From NCBI GenBank assembly GCA_032718475.1, contig JAUCBJ010001166.1, forward strand, positions 62,001 through 126,000: DNA of 64,000 bases. Reading direction: 5' to 3'. This document shows, piece after piece, positions 62,010 to 64,000 of this stretch. The notes under the pieces were generated by a model. It made no database searches, was not told the origin of the DNA, and saw only the letters and a list, made by a program, of their open reading frames with translations. This DNA comes from Nemertoderma westbladi. Taxonomy: Eukaryota; Animalia; Xenacoelomorpha. A program made the position numbers and the translations under genes. Numbering within the stretch: position 1 is the first letter of the stretch; each line of letters begins with the position of its first letter.

Positions 62010-62972
62010 GTCGGTAGAATTAATGGATCTGGTCTGTCGGTAGAATTAATGGATCTGGTCTGTCGGTAGAATTTATGGATCTGGTCTGTCGGTAGAATTT
62101 ATGGATCTGGTCTGTCGGTAGAATTAATGGATCTGGTCTGTCGGTAGAATTTATGGATCTGGTCTTCGGTAGAATTAATGGATCTGGTCTGTCGGTAGAA
62201 TTAATGGATCTGGTCTGTCGGTAGAATTAATGGATCTTGTCTGTCGGTAGAATTAATGGATCTGGTCTGTCGGTAGAATTAATGGATCTGGTCTGTCGGT
62301 AGAATTAATGGATCTGGTCTGTCGGTAGAATTAATGGATCTGGTCTGTCGGTAGAATTTATGGATCTGGTCTGTCGGTAGAATTAATGGATCTGGTCTGT
62401 CGGTAGAATTTATGGATCTGGTCTGTCGGTAGAATTAATTAATGGATCTGGTCTGTCGGTAGAATTAATGGATCTGGTCTGTCGGTAGAATTTATGGATC
62501 TGGTCTGTCGGTAGAATTTATGGATCTGGTCTGTCGGTAGAATTAATTAATGGATGTGGTCTGTCGGTAGAATTAATGGATCTGGTCTGTCGGTAGAATT
62601 TATGGATCTGGTCTGTCGGTAGAATTAATTAATGGATCTGGTCTGTCGGTAGAATTAATGGATCTGGTCTGTCGGTAGAATTAATGGATCTTGTCTGTCG
62701 GTAGAATTAATGGATCTGGTCTGTCGGTAGAATTAATGGATCTGGTCTGTCGGTAAAATTAATGGATCTGGTCTGTCGGTAGAATTAATGGATCTGGTCT
62801 GTCGGTAGAATTAATGGATCTGGTCTGTCGGTAGAATTAATGGATCTGGTCTGTCGGTAGAATTAATGGATCTGGTCTGTCGGTAGAATTTATGGATCTG
62901 GTCTGTCGGTAGAATTAATGGATCTGGTCTGTCGGTAGAATTTATGGATCTGGTCTGTCGGTAGAATTAATG
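62010..62972. repeat. 26-bp minisatellite GTCGGTAGAATTAATGGATCTGGTCT
   Basis: About 37 highly homogeneous tandem units. Confidence 0.97.
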
Positions 62973-62974
62973 GG

Positions 62975-63409
62975 TTCACATGTCTGATGTATGGTGGAGA
63001 AGGAGTACTATGTGAACCTAGAACCGATATCGATTCTTTAAGACTCCGCTTATTTACAAAGGGTAAAGGTTTGGAAATGTTACCACCCACTAAAGACGCA
63101 CTTGAACTGCATTATATAAGGGCCAATCATCAAACAAAGATTTGGCTGAACACCAACTCGGCTTCGGAAGACCATTTATTATGTGGTTGTTGGAAGATGG
63201 CATCTGGAGTAATGAAGATTACTTGGACTCGACTGCAGCCAGTCCCGAAAGCTTGTGTGGAGCTTGTTTATTGTAGTTGTAAACTGAAGTGTAGCACTGC
63301 TCGATGCAGTTGTTATAAACTTGGCCAAGTCTGCCTTCCGGCATGCAATTGTGAAAGGACAGGATGCTGCAATCCCATTGGACAAATTAATATAACAGAG
63401 ATCGAATAA
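62975..63409 (+). pseudogene. C-terminal fragment of a transposon-associated CXC (tesmin/TSO1-like) domain protein
   Basis: LPPT.DAL..H..RA..Q..IW...W...ELV.C.CK..C...RC.C.K...C...C.C; 5' part missing at the minisatellite. Confidence 0.7.
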
Positions 63410-64000
63410 GGATTCATAGTTTAAACGCGTATGATCAAATTTCTTAAATAGATAAATTGGAGGTAACGGTACGCGGTACGGATTATTAACTGTAGTTCTC
63501 GATCGATAAACGCCAGAGATACTTCAAAATTCATATTTGTATTAAACAATTATTTCCCAAAGACACAACAGGATGTTGATTAACAGTCGAAGGTTATAGC
63601 TATGCGACGTGTTTCACATTTAATCTCCCAAAACTCTGGAAAGGTATAAACTGAGGAAAACTGCATTATAGTTACCTGTAAATTAAATTCTTATTAAATT
63701 GTCTTATTTGGTCTGTTGCTATGGTAACCTGGACTGTAAATGTCACCCGAATGTGTACAATATGACGGGAAGTATCAACATGCTACTTAGCTGTAGAGAT
63801 ATTTTTAAATAATTACAAATATGGGAGCAAATATTTGAGTAAAGGTACGCGAATTCTCTACTTAAACTTAATATTTTGATACTTCTGAAAATTACTCAGG
63901 TCCAAATAATGGGCTTGTGTCTGCGACATTGGATGCTATTTGATATTATAATACCCTTGATGTGTTCCCAGGATGTTATTTAAGTTGTGTGATGGGTTTT

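Noticed and set aside
62010-62972. CRISPR-like array
   Set aside because: Units are head-to-tail with no unique spacers, there are no cas genes, and the context is eukaryotic

Overview
This is AT-rich eukaryotic (invertebrate-like) genomic DNA made up mostly of nested, decayed transposable elements. It has no prokaryotic features. The only host gene I can support is a minus-strand DEG/ENaC (pickpocket/ASIC-like) channel. Three phase-2 exons are visible (about 45082-44874, 43027-42839, 23644-23474), and most of the repeat content from 1-44 kb appears to lie in its introns. Main elements: (1) an intact L2-type LINE ORF2 3' part at 1-2360; (2) a 9-bp-TSD Mutator/foldback-like element (5424-19911) holding a Mag-type Gypsy, which holds a second Gypsy, which is interrupted by an RTE LINE with a scrambled junction; (3) a mirror-image Penelope-like structure of about 17.5 kb (24361-41900) with four hammerhead-like motifs, whose arms were invaded by a third Gypsy, an intron-containing piggyBac transposase with an intact spliced frame, and an unclassified 4.8-kb insertion; (4) a two-ORF LINE with an 18-bp inter-ORF repeat, a Harbinger pseudogene, TTAA MITEs, a Helitron, SINEs and 26/27-bp minisatellites. 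The retroelements show strong CpG-type decay. I cannot claim a new biological system. The best leads are the Penelope palindrome, the spliced piggyBac and the unclassified insertion. All family calls come from motif recognition, not database searches.
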